From contig CATNEN010000001.1 of the NCBI GenBank assembly GCA_950097015.1, positions 11,346,001 to 11,410,000 on the forward strand: a stretch of 64,000 nucleotides of DNA, given 5' to 3'. Below, one piece after another: positions 1 through 13,162 of this stretch. Under the pieces are notes generated by a model that saw only the letters and a list, made by a program, of their open reading frames with translations, made no database searches and had not been told where the DNA came from. This DNA comes from Macrostomum hystrix. Lineage: Eukaryota > Animalia > Platyhelminthes. Numbering within the stretch: the stretch's first letter is position 1; each line of letters begins with the position of its first letter. Both the position numbers and the translations under genes were made by a program.

Positions 1-1188
1 TCCTACCCCGTGTGATGAGCGGCGTGCTGGCTTCGATGCGTCGAAAGATGGGCGTGAACGAGGTCCACCTGCCGGACGATGACAAGCCCAGCATCATGTG
101 GGATCCGGTGAAAAAGGTGTGGGTTAATGTCAGCGAAGGGGAAGATCAAAATAAATTGGCCTCGGCACCGCCGCCTGCTCCAGTTGGCAGCCACCTGCAA
201 CAGCAGGGCGGTCAGCTGCACCGGTTGGACGCTGCCGCTCTCGGACGGCCCAAGTGAGTTGCTGTCGCGTGATAATCCCATGAATATTAGGCGTGATAAT
301 CTTCACAGTTCAGGTGGGATAATCCTAACAGATCAGGTGGGATAATCCTCGCAGATCAGGTGGGATAATCCTAACAGATCAGGTGGGATAAGCTTTATAG
401 ATCAGGTGGGATAATCCTCGCAGATCAGGTGGGATAATCCTTACAGATCAGGTGGGATAAGCTTTATAGATCAGGTGGGATAATCCTCGCAGATCAGGTG
501 GGATAATCCTTACAGATCAGGTGGGATAAGCTTTATAGATCAGGTGGGATAATCCTTACAGATCAGATGGCTAAGCTTTATAGATCAGGTGGGATAATCC
601 TTAAAGATCAGGTGGAATATTCATTATAGATCAGGTGGGATAATCCTTACAGATCAGATGGCTAAGCTTTATAGATCAGGTGGGATAATCCTTAAAGATC
701 AGGTGGAATATTCATTATAGATCAGGTGGGATAATCCTCACTGATCAATTAGGATAATCCTTACAGATCAGGTGGGAAAATTTTTTTAATATCAAGTGTG
801 TTAATTCTTTCAATATCAGGTGTGATGATCCTTAGGTCGTTAGATACACAGGTCGCGTTTGATAATCTAATCCTTTCGATTATTAAGTGGGATAATCCTT
901 ACAGATCAGGTGTGATAATCCGCAGAATTCAGGCTTAATAAAACTGAATATAAATATTCAACAGTTACTAAATTTCTGCCGCTACTTCACTCCAGGTACG
1001 TGGACCTACTCGGCAGCCAGTCTAATAGATCGCAGCAAACATCTCAGCCGCAGCAGCAGCTACCGGGTGCGCCTCTGCCGCCGCCGCCGCCGCCAATGCT
1101 GCAGTTGTACAATCCAGGTTCCAGTGGACCCACCGCTGCCGCTAGCGGTACTAACTACAATTTCTTTGTGCCATCATCCACAACTTGA
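1..1188 (+). CDS. SEC16: SEC16 (ER exit-site scaffold) homolog, 3' end only; exons <1..253 and 996..1188
   Basis: EVHLPDDDKPSIMWDPVKKVWVN resembles the conserved SEC16 C-terminal LPDD..SIVWD...WVN motif. Splicing AA|gtgag(254)...ccag|G(996) gives GRPKYVDLL, like the SEC16 RYVD motif, followed by a Pro-rich tail with FFVP. Confidence 0.75.
310..920. repeat. ~23-bp intronic minisatellite (agatcaggtgggataatccttac)
   Basis: Degenerate tandem copies filling the SEC16 intron. Confidence 0.9.
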
Positions 1189-2802
1189 ATTATTCGTTTA
1201 AGTAGAATCGGATCTATGAAAACTACTGAATTTACTCGTAGAGTTTAGCTGCTTTTAGATGGTTAGATAGATTTCATTGATTTGTGTCGTATTGATTATT
1301 AAATTTGAATTTTGACATTCTTTCTTTCGCTATGCAATGTTCTTGTCGATTGTTATTTCTTAAAACTAATGCAGTTAGAAAAAAAGTAAATAATATTTTG
1401 GGCTTGCATATAAATAGTTAGTAAATGATAATTGCGTATGTTTCATTATTTCAAGTCAACATTCCTTGTGCTAATTAAAAGTTCAATACAATTAAAAATT
1501 CACTTTGAAGTGCCGTGACTTTATATATGTTTAGTCCAATAATGTGTGTTTTTATTTATAGATTTCCTTATCTTTCAGTTTGTGAGTGCAAGCCCTGCCC
1601 AGCCCGCTACCCTCTGGCGTTTCCTTTCTGCCCCGCCAGCACCCCAGCCGCGTGCGTACATTGAGTGTACATTCCCTGCCCCGCTCCGGCGGGGCCTGTT
1701 ACCCCTCTGCCCCATGCAGGTTTCTTGTTCCCTCGTCCCTCCCTAGCCTGTGCCCGTCTGGTATAACTTATTTATTTTAATTTTGGCTTCTGCTTTTTAT
1801 TTTGTTATTTCGTTTTGGGAATGAAGCACTACTATATAATACTTTTATGTAATCTGAATCTATCTGTAAACAGCTATCTTTCGGGTGTGATTTTTTGTCT
1901 CCTTCGCTATCGCTATTCAATTCATTCAATTTAATGCTATGTTCTTACACGTAAATGAAACATTTATAACAAGAAAAGTAAGGATATTGCAGCCGTTAAG
2001 AAACAAAAGAAAAAAGGATATACGAGTAATGATACTTTACCCAGTTAGGTAACAGATGTACAGCCAGTGGCTACGTTTAGCAATTCAGTCTATGGACTGG
2101 GAAATGACACGCTCGGCTTATCAAATTACCAATATTACAGTTTGAACTTTTAGTAGTCTGCCGACAGAAGACTCAGACTCGAGTCTATTGGGGTACAACC
2201 TCCTCAAATCTAGTAACAAAGCTATGCTTGAATTAATACTCGTACTATCCAACTATAAACTATTGTGTGTGTTTTTTCGTGTTACATCTTTAGATTTCCG
2301 TGTATTCACTGTCGCTGCCTATTGTCAATCAATTTGTTGGTGATTTGATTATTATTATTTTGAATTTTTCGTTGCTTTTCTCAGTTACTTTGACTCACAC
2401 TCATTCACATGAAAATCAGAGAGAACTTAGGCTTGATATGGATTAACAGTTAAGTCTAGAAATACTCATTTATGATCCAAATTGAAGATGAAAGGACAAA
2501 AATAAACTAGCTGGTTCTTGATTGTTGTTTGCTAAGCCAGGCGTGCTTATTTTCAGCCTATTTCTTTCAGTTTGTGTGGGTTATGATATGACTAGTAGTC
2601 CTAGTCTGTTCTCATTACATTATATTTTGTTATACTCGTATCTTGGTTTTTAGTAAAGGGTTAGTTGCTAAGCGGGAATAGCTCACTTGGTAATTTCGTA
2701 CCAAGTCTTGGCTGATGTAGACACCTGCGTGTTCCAAATTGCCTCTACGCAGATCGACTATCATTTAAGTGATGTGTCTGTGCCTACCGCCCTTAAAAAT
2801 AG

Positions 2803-3830
2803 AATTCTTGACATCCTGGAGGTCCAGCACCTTAGTGTCATTCTTGACATCCTGGAGGTCCAGCACCTTAGTGTCATTCTTGACATCCTGGAGCTCCAGC
2901 ACCTTAGTGTCATTCTTGACATCCTGGAGGTCCCAAACGTTGGTGTCATTCTTGATATCCTGGAGGTCCCAAACATTAGTGTCATTCTTGATATCCTGGA
3001 GGTCCAGCACGTTAGTGTCATTCTTGACATCCTGGAGGTCCCAAACATTAGTGTCATTCTTGATATCCTGGAGGTCCAGCACCTTAGTGTCATTCTTGAC
3101 ATCCTGGAGGTCCCAAACATTAGTGTCATTCTTGATATCCTGGAGGTCCAGCACGTTAGTGTCATTCTTGACATCCTGGAGGTCCCAAAAATTAGTGTCA
3201 TTCTTGATATCCTGGAGGTCCAGCACCTTAGTGTCATTCTTGACATCCTGGAGGTCCAGCACGTTAGTGTCATTCTTGACATCCTGGAGGTCCCAAACAT
3301 TAGTGTCATTCTTGACATCCTGGAGGTCCAGCACCTTAGTGTCATTCTTGATATCCTGGAGGTTCAGCACGTTAGTGTCATTCTTGACATCCTGGAGGTC
3401 CCAAACATTAGTGTCATTCTTGATATCCTGGAGGTCCCAAACGTTGGTGTCATTCTTGATATCCTGGAGGTCCCAAACTTTGGTGTCATTCTTGATATCC
3501 TGGAGGTCCCAAACATTAGTGTCATTCTTGATATCCTGGAGGTCCCAAACATTAGTGTCATTCTTGATATCCTGGAGGTCCCAAACGTTGGTGTCATTCT
3601 TGATATCCTGGAGGTCCCAAACTTTGGTGTCATTCTTGATATCCTGGAGGTCCCAAACATTAGTGTCATTCTTGATATCCTGGAGGTCCCAAACATTAGT
3701 GTCATTCTTGATATCCTGGAGGTCCCAAACGTTGGTGTCATTCTTGATATCCTGGAGGTCCCAAACGTTGGTGTCATCCTTGATATCCTGGAGGTCCCAA
3801 ACGTTGGCGTCATTCTTGATATCCTGGTCT
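2803..3830. repeat. 36-bp minisatellite, ~28 copies (attcttgayatcctggaggtcc...agtgtc)
   Basis: Tandem units with variant cores (cagcacctt/cagcacgtt/ccaaacatt/ccaaacgtt). Confidence 0.95.
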
Positions 3831-4059
3831 TGATATCCTGGTTCTTGATATCCGATATTAGTACTCGAAACAAAAAGTTTCGGATTTTTAAAATATTTAT
3901 TTAAAGTGTCAGTGTAAGAAAAGTTCAATTCAGCATTTGAGCTAGTAAATCTTGAACACTAATAAACCGACTTTCCATTGCAGCCTAAAGCTCAAGGACT
4001 TGACTAAAACAAAAGCCTTGTTTTAAAATATTTTATTGGTTTAAAAATAGTTAGCCAGC

Positions 4060-7000
4060 ATGCAGTCTGTGGACCTGAACAAAGTGGCTAGCTGCTCGTC
4101 CGAGGACCCCGCTTATCCGGCCAGCAATCTGTTGCTTAGCAACGGTTCGCACAAATGGAAGTGCGCCAAACCAGGCGAACAGAAAGCCATTGTCTGTTTT
4201 CAATTGAAATCGCCAGTTAAATTTGTTCAAATCGATGTCGGCAATGAGGGCTCAGCCCTGGTTGAAGTGCTAGTCAGCCGGTCGGCCGATCCAACCGACA
4301 CCTGGCAGGTGCTGCTAGCCGCTTCGTCTCTGATGAGCCCGGCCGATGCTAAAAAGAGCACCGATTTGAATCGGGTTCGCACATTTCGCTCAGACCAGCT
4401 GCACAAACCGGCCAGCAATGAGAAGTGGGACCGGGTGCGCGTTATTTGCAGCCAGCCGTTCAGCAAGACCCTGCAGTACGGTTTGAGCTTCTTCAAGATG
4501 TCCGCAGCTGCCGACGCCTCAGGCGGTGGTGAAACTGTACACACCAAGGTGAGTTGCGACCATCTCTCGACTGTCTCTCTGGCGGCTTGCTATGCGATTC
4601 GCACCCTTCAGGGCCAACCCTCAAGGCAAAATGTATTCCTAGTTAGCATCGGACTCACGATTTGAAGGTCGGGGGTTCGATTCCCACTGAAACTTCACTG
4701 AAACAATTTTTGTGTCCATTAGCGTAACACTTGACTCTGCATTGCTTCAGTTCACCCAGCTGTTAAATGAGTACTAGCATCAGCTGAGGGTAATTGAGGA
4801 TGGTTGAGGCGTCACCCTGTCCATGGACTGACTTAAAATCCATACGCAGCCTTCAGATGAGCTGCTGTGCTGTTTGCTGCACATCTAGCCCGATTAGGGA
4901 AATGTAATCAATTACTATTAATTATTTTTATCCCAGAAATCCCACTTTCCCTCGTCCTCAGTATGTACTCGTACGTTCCTAGTTCCGTTACTTTCAACTT
5001 GGCTCCCAAAATTCCTTAAAATAATTGTAGCAAATAAATAAGCAGGTTTTCTTTTTTTTCTACTAGGTTGGCGATTTCAAAATTCGCGGCGAAGACGAAG
5101 ATGCAGAAGATGTCAAGGCTGACGAGGCTAAGAAGCAGAAGAATGGTGTTGACAAAGACCCAGACAGTAGTAGGGCGACAAAGACTGGGAATGGCGGTGA
5201 CACGTCTGCTGCTATCACCAAGCCTGGCGGTTTGTTCTCATCAGCTGTTGCGGCGGCCGCTGCTAAGTCCAAAAAATCGGAGGCTGCTGCCGCCGAAGAG
5301 TCAACTAGCAAGAAGGCGCCAGCGAAACCGAAGCTTTTCCACGCTTCATCCGGCGACGAAGACGACGAAGAAGATGATAAAGTTGATAGTAAAAATCGTA
5401 CGAAAAAAGCTGACAATACTACTGCGGCCGCTGCTGACGATAGTAGTAAAGACAAGAAATCTTCGTCCAATGAATTCTCGCGCATTCTCTCTGGCGTGGT
5501 GTTCGCAATGTCCGGCTATCAGAATCCCAGACGTGGCCAATTGCGTGACAAGGCAACTAAGATGGGCGCCAAGTACCGGCCTGACTGGGGACCCGGCTGC
5601 ACCCACCTAGTGTGCGCGTTCGCCCACACGCCAAAGTTTAGCCAGGTCAGCTTCCTGGAAATGTCGAAATCCGTGTTTACTTTGATTCTGTTTCGAGCAG
5701 AAAATTGTGCTATAACTAGCGGTTTTATCGTAGTGTCTAGCGCTTCTTAAACGGCTCAAACGCTTATCTAACGACTCAAAAAAACGCTTATCTAACGACA
5801 TACGCATGACGCGTTTGTAGATGTGTGGCAGAGTCTCTGATTTGAAACGCTTCAAAACGACTAAGCGGCACGTATCGTGACAACCAAGCCGCTTATCGTG
5901 CTTTTTAAATTAACCCAAGACCGAACGCATTTAGAAAAAATAGTTGTTTGCTGAGGATTTTTCACTAAAATTCGACAAACCACCTGATTTTAATAGGTCC
6001 GCGGAAAGGGCAAAATCGTGCTAGCTGAATGGATTGAACAATGCTACAAAGAGCGCCGCCTAGTCGATTGGGAGCTCTTTGATCTTGCCGCTAAGGCTGG
6101 CTCTGGCGGCGGCGGTGGTCGGCCAACCCGCGCCGTGGCGTCTAAGAAGCCGAACTATGTTGCCGACGATGACGACGACACTGACGATAGTGACGCCGCG
6201 TCGGCTCGGCGTCAGAAGAACAAACGATTGACGGTGGCGACGCCAACGAAGAAACGCGCCCGCGGTGTTAGCGACAGCGACGACGAAGACGACGCCGTCG
6301 ACGATGACGACGATGACGATGACCGACGGGCCAGGGTGCAGCGTCAGCAGAAGCGCAGTCGCGGCGCCAAGGCTAGCAAATCCAGCGACGAAGAATGGCG
6401 CGGTGGCGCCGATGAGGAGGAAGACGACGACGAGGCTGTCGGAGAAGAGGACGAAGCCGAAGATCGGGATGGAGACAGCGACAGCGACTACAAGCTTGGC
6501 GGCGGCGGCGGAAAGAAGAAGCTGAAGAGGCGGTCCTCAGCTTCAGGCAAGAAGTCGCCACTGAAGCGTCGCAAATCAGCCACTTCGAAAAAGCCTGCGT
6601 TGCCGCGTCAACCTTCGTCTAGGCCGGTTCGCGCCGCCGCAGTTGTTGCCGCAGCCAAGGCTAAGATCAGCGACAGCGATGAGGACGACGATTTCGACGA
6701 CGAAGACGAACAGGACAGGCTGACAACGAAGCCGAAGCCGGCAACCCCAGCGCCGCCCAAGCGCGCCTCGCCTACCAAGAAGTCGCCTCCGCAGAAGAAG
6801 AAAACTTCCACTGGAGACGATGACAATGAAAGCGACGCCAGCGGCTCCGGCTGGGCGGTGGTTCGGCGAAAGAAGGGCGACGCCGACGAAGCTGAGAAGG
6901 TTAGTCCGCCAGCGGCTAAGAAGCCTCGCCATAAGGTTAGCCAAAGCGAAGAGGAACACGAAGAAGAGAAAGAAAAAGCTGACCAAAAGCCGGCAGCGAA

Positions 7001-7370
7001 GCCCGCCGCCAAAGATGCCGAATTCGACGCCGACACGGACATCGAAGACGACAAGCCGGCGGTGGCCGCCAAGCCCGAAGATTTGCCGGACTTTTTCAAA
7101 GGCGCGCATTTTTTCATCTATGGCGACAGTGTAGATTCGGAGGAGCGGCGACAATTGAAGCGCGTCATCTACGCCTTCAACGGCTACTTGGACGAATACA
7201 ATGGGCCCGGTGTGAAGTACATTGTGACTAGGAATCCTTGGGATAAGAATTTCGACGACGCCCTTGAGGACAATGCCGGTGTGATGTTTGTGAAGCCGGA
7301 CTGGCTGTTTGAGCTGGAGCGCACTAGAAAATACTGCCAGCCAAACAAGTACCAGGTCGTGGCCGCTTGA
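4060..7370 (+). CDS. XRCC1: DNA repair protein XRCC1; exons 4060..4548, 5067..5645, 5997..7370
   Basis: N-terminal domain (SCSSED..YPASNLL, IDVGNEGSALVEVLV, WDRVRVICSQPFSK.LQYGLSF), BRCT1 (GVVFAMSGYQNPRRGQLRDKATKMGAKYRPDW...THLVCAFAHTPKF), an acidic/basic linker and BRCT2 (LPDFFKGAHFFIYG...FVKPDWL). All junctions are GT-AG and phase 0. Confidence 0.95.
4640..4926 (+). mobile_element. tRNA-derived SINE with CORE-like domain in XRCC1 intron 1
   Basis: B-box ggttcgattccc at ~4674, then tgtgtccattagcgtaacacttgactctgcattgcttcagttcacccagctgttaaatgag resembling the CORE-SINE central domain, then an (att)-type tail. Confidence 0.6.
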
Positions 7371-8104
7371 TGATTATTGATTTCATTCTGTCTATAAAAT
7401 AGCCAGCGCATCGTAAGCATATTTATAACTAGCCATAGTTTAGGCAGCTCATTTCACTTACAATTTTCAATGATAAGACAGTTTTTTGAGTTGCTTTAAT
7501 TTAGACTCAATAGTTATTATCTCACTACTTACATTGTTGTAAATCATATGCTTAGCGTTTTTTATAACAGTCTGATGTAATTCATAATCTGGCGTGTTTT
7601 AAAACTCCCCTCCTTGATAGTTTTTTGTTGTCTTTTCGCTGAGCTATATAAATTGTGTCATTTTCTGGCACCTTTGGAGTGTTACACCAGTGTAAACTGT
7701 AAAGCCCTAGAAGTGAATTTGTAATACTTACCGCCCGGTACTCCTAGTAATGTGTTGTCTGTCTTTTGTGCTCTCTTTCCCCGTTCAGTGTGTAATACTG
7801 CATTATCAGTCAATTTTTATTTGCGTTGCGCTTATTATCAAATTTATATTTGAACAAAGATTATGTTCAATCTCGTCCGATTTCATCATTTTTATTACAC
7901 AATTACATTTTTCGCACATTGCTGTCTCGCGAATAAACATCTCGGTGTCATCACCATTTTAAAGTGTTTTTTTTAGTTTATTGCAATCAACAAACTCGTC
8001 CTTGCTCATTTTAATATGTAACGATAGTTAATTACTAGTTATCGGATAAAGTTGTGACGGCTATCCTGAGTAATGGTCTGTGGTACGGGTAAAGCGTCGG
8101 TCTA

Positions 8105-8570
8105 ATGAAGGACGTAGCATTTCGGGTTTTCGATATTCTGACGTCACAGTCTTGGTGAAGGACGCAACATTGTTAGTTTTTGCCGCTCTGACATAATAGT
8201 ATTGCGGGGACGCAATATTGTTTGTTTTCTACGTTCTGACGTCACAGTCTTGTTGAAGGACGCAGCATTATAAGTTTTCTACGTTCTGACGTACAGTCTT
8301 GGTGAAGGACGCAGCATTATAAGTTTTCTACGTTCTGACGTCACAGTCTTGGTGAAGGACGCAGCATTATAAGTTTTCTACGTTCTGACGTCACAGTCTT
8401 GGTGAAGGACGCAGCATTATAAGTTTCCTACGTTCTGACGTCACAGTCTTGGTGAAGGACGCAGCATTATAAGTTTCCTACGTTCTGACGTTTACAGTGT
8501 CGAAAAAGGACGCAGCATTGCTAGTTTTGGACGTTCTGACGTCACCGTCTTGGTGAAGGACGCAGTTTTC
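8105..8570. repeat. 50-bp tandem repeat, ~9 copies
   Basis: cagtcttggtgaaggacgcagcattataagttttctacgttctgacgtca units, homogeneous in the centre and degenerate at the edges. Confidence 0.9.
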
Positions 8571-8981
8571 CGTCATTATGTGTCATTCCTATAAAGGACG
8601 TAATCGATTTTCGTTTTTGACGTTGCAATGATCACGGTCTTGGGAATGTGTCATGCGAATTGACTTTTTGCGTTAGTTTCTATCTTTTAAAAACTGTACG
8701 AGTAGAATATAAATTTTCAGCTTATTTGATTTTTCGTTCTTGCAGAAGAATGTTCTACGATGTTTTTCTGCGTTTGATATTAGCTAGTAGATCGTCTTTT
8801 CAATTGAAGTGTCAGTGTCGGTCGTCATGTTTGTGACGTCAAACGTAATAGTCCTGAAGTATTATTTTAAAATCAGTACTTATACCTAAGCACAGCACTT
8901 AGCACTTATAGCTGCGACTTTATCTTACCTAGGAAGTTTGAATGATTAATTTTTAACACAGTTTTCAGCTACTTAAGGACA

Positions 8982-11900
8982 ATGGACGAATGCCAAGGTC
9001 GCACAGCCAGCCTGGAACAACTGCATCACGAAGTTGAGAGTCTGTTCCTGCGCGAATTCGGCTGTAAACCGGATCATGTGGTGTACGCGCCCGGCCGGGT
9101 TAACATCATCGGGGAGCACACCGATTACAATGACGGCTTGGTGCTGCCCATGGCTCTGCCGCTAGTCACTATGATGGCTGGAAAACGGACCGACGCTAAC
9201 ACGGTTGGTTGTGACGACCCAATTAAATGAGTCCTATAGAAATAGATAAATGTCAGCCACAGCCATTAGCCGGGATGGAAATTGTTTGAGGTTGCGCGCA
9301 GCCTATTGACCGAACGCAGCCTTTAACAGTACTTCACTTAACAGTACAGCCAACTACTTCACTTCATGATAGCTCCAAAACAGAATGATAGATTTTCGTG
9401 AAAGTCCACCAAAATTTTCCGCTCTTTACTATGAACTAATCATTGAGAATTTAGCGATTCTCGTCGAAGACCCTGTTGACAAGGACAACTAAAATTGCTA
9501 CAGCAGCTAATTTATGGTTTCTTGTCACTGCTAAATGCAAGCTTTTGCCTATCGCATACCTCTGCGGCATTTCCTAGCACTTATCTTACCTCTTACGATG
9601 GTCAAACAGCGCGAAGTCGTTGTTGACTGCTTCAAGGCCGGGAGATCGGCCAAGGAGTGCATACAGCACCTGCAGGCCATCTACGGCAGCGAAGCCTTGT
9701 CGCGGAGGCAAGTATATCACATATTTGAACAGCTTCGTGAAGGTCACGATGGCTCACGAGGTCACCATCGTGATCCAACTGTTAGGACGCCAGCGAATGT
9801 GGCGATGGTTGAGGAGATGATCAGCGACGACAGGCGCCTCACTGTTAGGGAACTGGCCGACTTGACTGGCATCTCGAAGACAACTGTTGACGAGATTCTG
9901 ACCAAGGATCTGCAGCTGAAGCATGTGTCAGCAAGATGGGTGCCGCACCTTCTGACTGAGGAGAACCGAGCTGAGCGAGTTCGCTGCGCCAAGAACTTCT
10001 ATCGCCTGAAGTGCCTGAAGCGCAGCAATCCCGGCTTCCTTGATAGAGTCACTGCTGATGAGACATGGCTGCACTATGTGACGCCAGGGACCAAGGTTCA
10101 GTCGAAGCAGTGGGTTCCGCGTGCAGCTGCGGCCCCAACGAAAGCGCGGGTGTCGCGCAGTGCCAAGAAGACCATGGCCATTGTGTTCTTCGACTCGAGC
10201 GGGCTGGTGTACACGAATTATGTGCCAAATGGGCTGACGGTCAACAGCCAGTACTACTGCGAGATCCTGGACACTCTTCAAGAGCAAATCAGCCGCAAGA
10301 GGCCGCAGCTGACGCGAAGAGGCTGGTTCCTCCATCATGACAATGCCCGCCCCCATGTGTCAGCGTTGACCCAGTAGTTCCTCGAGAGGCGAGGCATTCA
10401 GACTGTGCCACATCCGCCGTACTCCCCGGACTTGGCCCCATGCGGACTTTCGGCTATTTCCCAAAGTCAAAGCCGCGATCGCTGGCACCCGTTTTGACTC
10501 CAGGCTGCAGGAGGTCAAGAATGCTTCGGAGGGGTCACGACCCCTATGCCTGCGTCTAGCTTCGCAGAGGCCTTCGACAAGTGGCTGGTGAGGTGGGAGC
10601 GGTGTCTGGAGAAAGGTGGCAACTTTGTTGAGAAGTGACTCAAGTTTCGTTTTGTTTGCATGCATTGTTGCTGGGTTATTAAAGCAGTCCTATTTTTGGC
10701 CTACCCTCGTATAAGCCTCTATGGTTAATCTATATTAGCAATACAATTTATAATACAACAATTATAGCCGACAGCTGTTGGTAACTAACATGATTTTGTG
10801 AGCAGAGAAAGTATGCCTATATTGATGGTTTTCGACCATCCATTATCCAGGTAAACGTTGTCACAGGCGGCAAAGATGTCACTGTAAAACTGTTACCAAG
10901 CTCGGCTAAGGACATCTGTGCCAGCTTCTCCGTGCCAGATCCCAAACGAGAGCGTCGCGACGGTGCCGAACGCATCCCGGATGCCGATTGGCCCAACTAT
11001 GTCAAAGGTGTCATCGTTAATTATAAGCGACTTTGCGGCGGATTCAATGCGGCCATTGTCACCACTGTACCGTTGGGTGGCGGTTTGTCTTCGTCTGCCG
11101 CGTTGGAGGTGGCCACCTACACCTTGCTGGAGCAGCTATTCCCAATGGACAGTCCGGCGACGCCGGTGAGTGAGTGTGAGGGAGTGTGAGGAGGGTAGCA
11201 TGGAGTGAGGTGGGTGGCATGGAGTGAGTTGGGTGGCATGGAGTGAGGTGGGTGGCATGGAGTGAGGTGGGTGGCATGGAGTGAGGTGGGTGGCATGGAG
11301 TGAGGTGGGTGGCATGGAGTGAGGTGGGTGGCATGGAGTGAGGTGGGTGGCATGGAGTGAGGTGGGTGGCATGGAATGAGGTAGGTGGCATGGAGTGAGG
11401 CGGGCGGCATGAGCGGGTGTGTTGGAGTAGCGCGGGTGTCTCAGAGTGAGCCAGGTGTATCAGAGTGGGGCGGGTGTCTCAGACTGATTTGACATTGCAG
11501 CAATAACATAGTCTAATAAATTCGCAACCAACCAGGTTGAGAAGGCCCTAGCCTGTCAGGAGGCGGAGCATGTCTACGCAGGTGTGCCCTGCGGCATCAT
11601 GGACCAGTTTGTCAGCGTGATGGCCACCGAGAACCACCTGCTGTGTATTGATTGCGAATCTATGCGCGTCACCCAGGTGCCGCTTCAAAATCCGCACGTT
11701 GTGGTGCTAATTACTAATTCCAATGTGCATCACAACCTGGGCAGCAGCGAGTATCCGGTTAGGCGGCTGCAGTGCGAAGCCGCCAGCAAAGCAATGGGCA
11801 AGCGATCGCTGCGGCTCTGCACAATGGCCGATCTAGATGCTGCGGCCAATATTGATGAGGTGTCGGCTGTCTCTTCAACTTCGGCTGTGTGCTAACTAGC

Positions 11901-12572
11901 AAAAGTTTCCTTGAGATTAGTCTAGTCTGTTCAGTGCGTTTGTTAACACCCTCCAGAATACCAACCTGACTCCAGGACACCCACCTGACTCCAGGACGCC
12001 CACCTCACTCCAGGACGCCCACCTCACTCCAGGACGCCCACCTCACTCCAGGACGCCCACCTCACTCCAGGACGCCCACCAAATTCCAGAACACCCGCTT
12101 CAATACAGAACACCCACCTCAGTTCAGAACACCCATCGTCAGGCTTTATCATTTATATCGTTAAGCCCCAATAATCCCGATCCAACTACCCCAGACAACC
12201 AGACGCCGCGCGCGTCACGTGATCAGCGAAAACGCTCGTGTTCTGCAGGCGATCGAAAGTCTGAAGACCACCGACTTTTGCCGCCTCGGCGCCCTCATGA
12301 ACGAGTCGCACGCCAGTCTACGCGACGATTTCGCCGTCTCCTGTCCGGAGATCGACCAGCTGGTGGACATCGCCCAGAAGCAGCCGGGTGTCTACGGCAG
12401 TCGCATCACAGGGGGCGGCTTCGGTGGCTGCACTGTCACCCTTGTCAAACGGAGCCACGTTGACGAGCTGATGAAAGCAATCTATGAGGGCTACGCTACC
12501 GCTGATAGGAGACCCACTTTCTACGTTTGCAACGCTTCTGGCGGTGCAGGTCTCTATGCCATTGACAAATGA
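8982..12572 (+). CDS. GALK1: Galactokinase; exons 8982..9203, 10851..11165, 11536..11859, 12195..12572
   Basis: [85 protein letters not shown]. All four exons join in phase 0 at GT-AG sites. Confidence 0.95.
9598..10711 (+). mobile_element. Mariner (DD34D) transposon, inactivated, in GALK1 intron 1
   Basis: [21 protein letters not shown] and [13 protein letters not shown] motifs with 34-residue D-D spacing. In-frame TAG at 10375 and a +1 frameshift near 10444. The right end ...ggcctaccctcgTA (10711) looks like a mariner TIR; no left TIR was found. Confidence 0.9.
11198..11410. repeat. 19-bp minisatellite (gcatggagtgaggtgggtg) in GALK1 intron 2
   Basis: ~11 tandem copies. Confidence 0.95.
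11963..12080. repeat. 19-bp minisatellite (cgcccacctcactccagga) in GALK1 intron 3
   Basis: ~6 tandem copies, related to the reverse complement of the intron 2 unit. Confidence 0.9.
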
Positions 12573-13162
12573 TTAACGGATACTTTTTTAGCGAGCGTTG
12601 GACTTCTAAATAGATTACCTAACTTACATCTAGGATGCTATTTCCAGAGTACCTTTTGGGTTGAATATCAAAATGCTTTGATTTTTTAGCTTTAGCACTT
12701 TAAAAAATATTATTTCTGATTACTCAGACTGTCACCTGTACGACACACTGTCACCTGTTAGTAGGTAGGATGCTGGCTCCTTTAATATTGTGCGTTAAAA
12801 TTGTGTTAATAACTTTCATAAGACATTTTCACAAGAAAAATTCTAATTTTTACAACACTGCAACATACAAAAATATTTTACAACACTTATATTGCTACTG
12901 TACGAATGTTTCTCTTAGTATTTTACATTTGCTAATTTAAGCAGATAATTTATTTAAATTTTTTATCTACGATTTTTTTAATTTAAAACAAATCTACAAC
13001 ATTCTTCATTGCTTCATTTCCCACACTGAAAAAAATGTATACGCTTTATGTGGAGCTTGCAAAAGCATGGAAATGTTTATGACCTTTTCAATTAGTTTTT
13101 TATCAAACTTTCAGAGATCAAGAAAGTCAAGAAGGTTTCTAAAAACTCCAAGCAACATACAA

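Noticed and set aside
2687-3928. Long ORFs on both strands (e.g. ILDILEVPNISV and DLQDIKNDTNVW repeats)
   Set aside because: They arise from a 36-bp minisatellite that is stop-free in several frames at once, with no unique domain or convincing gene structure.
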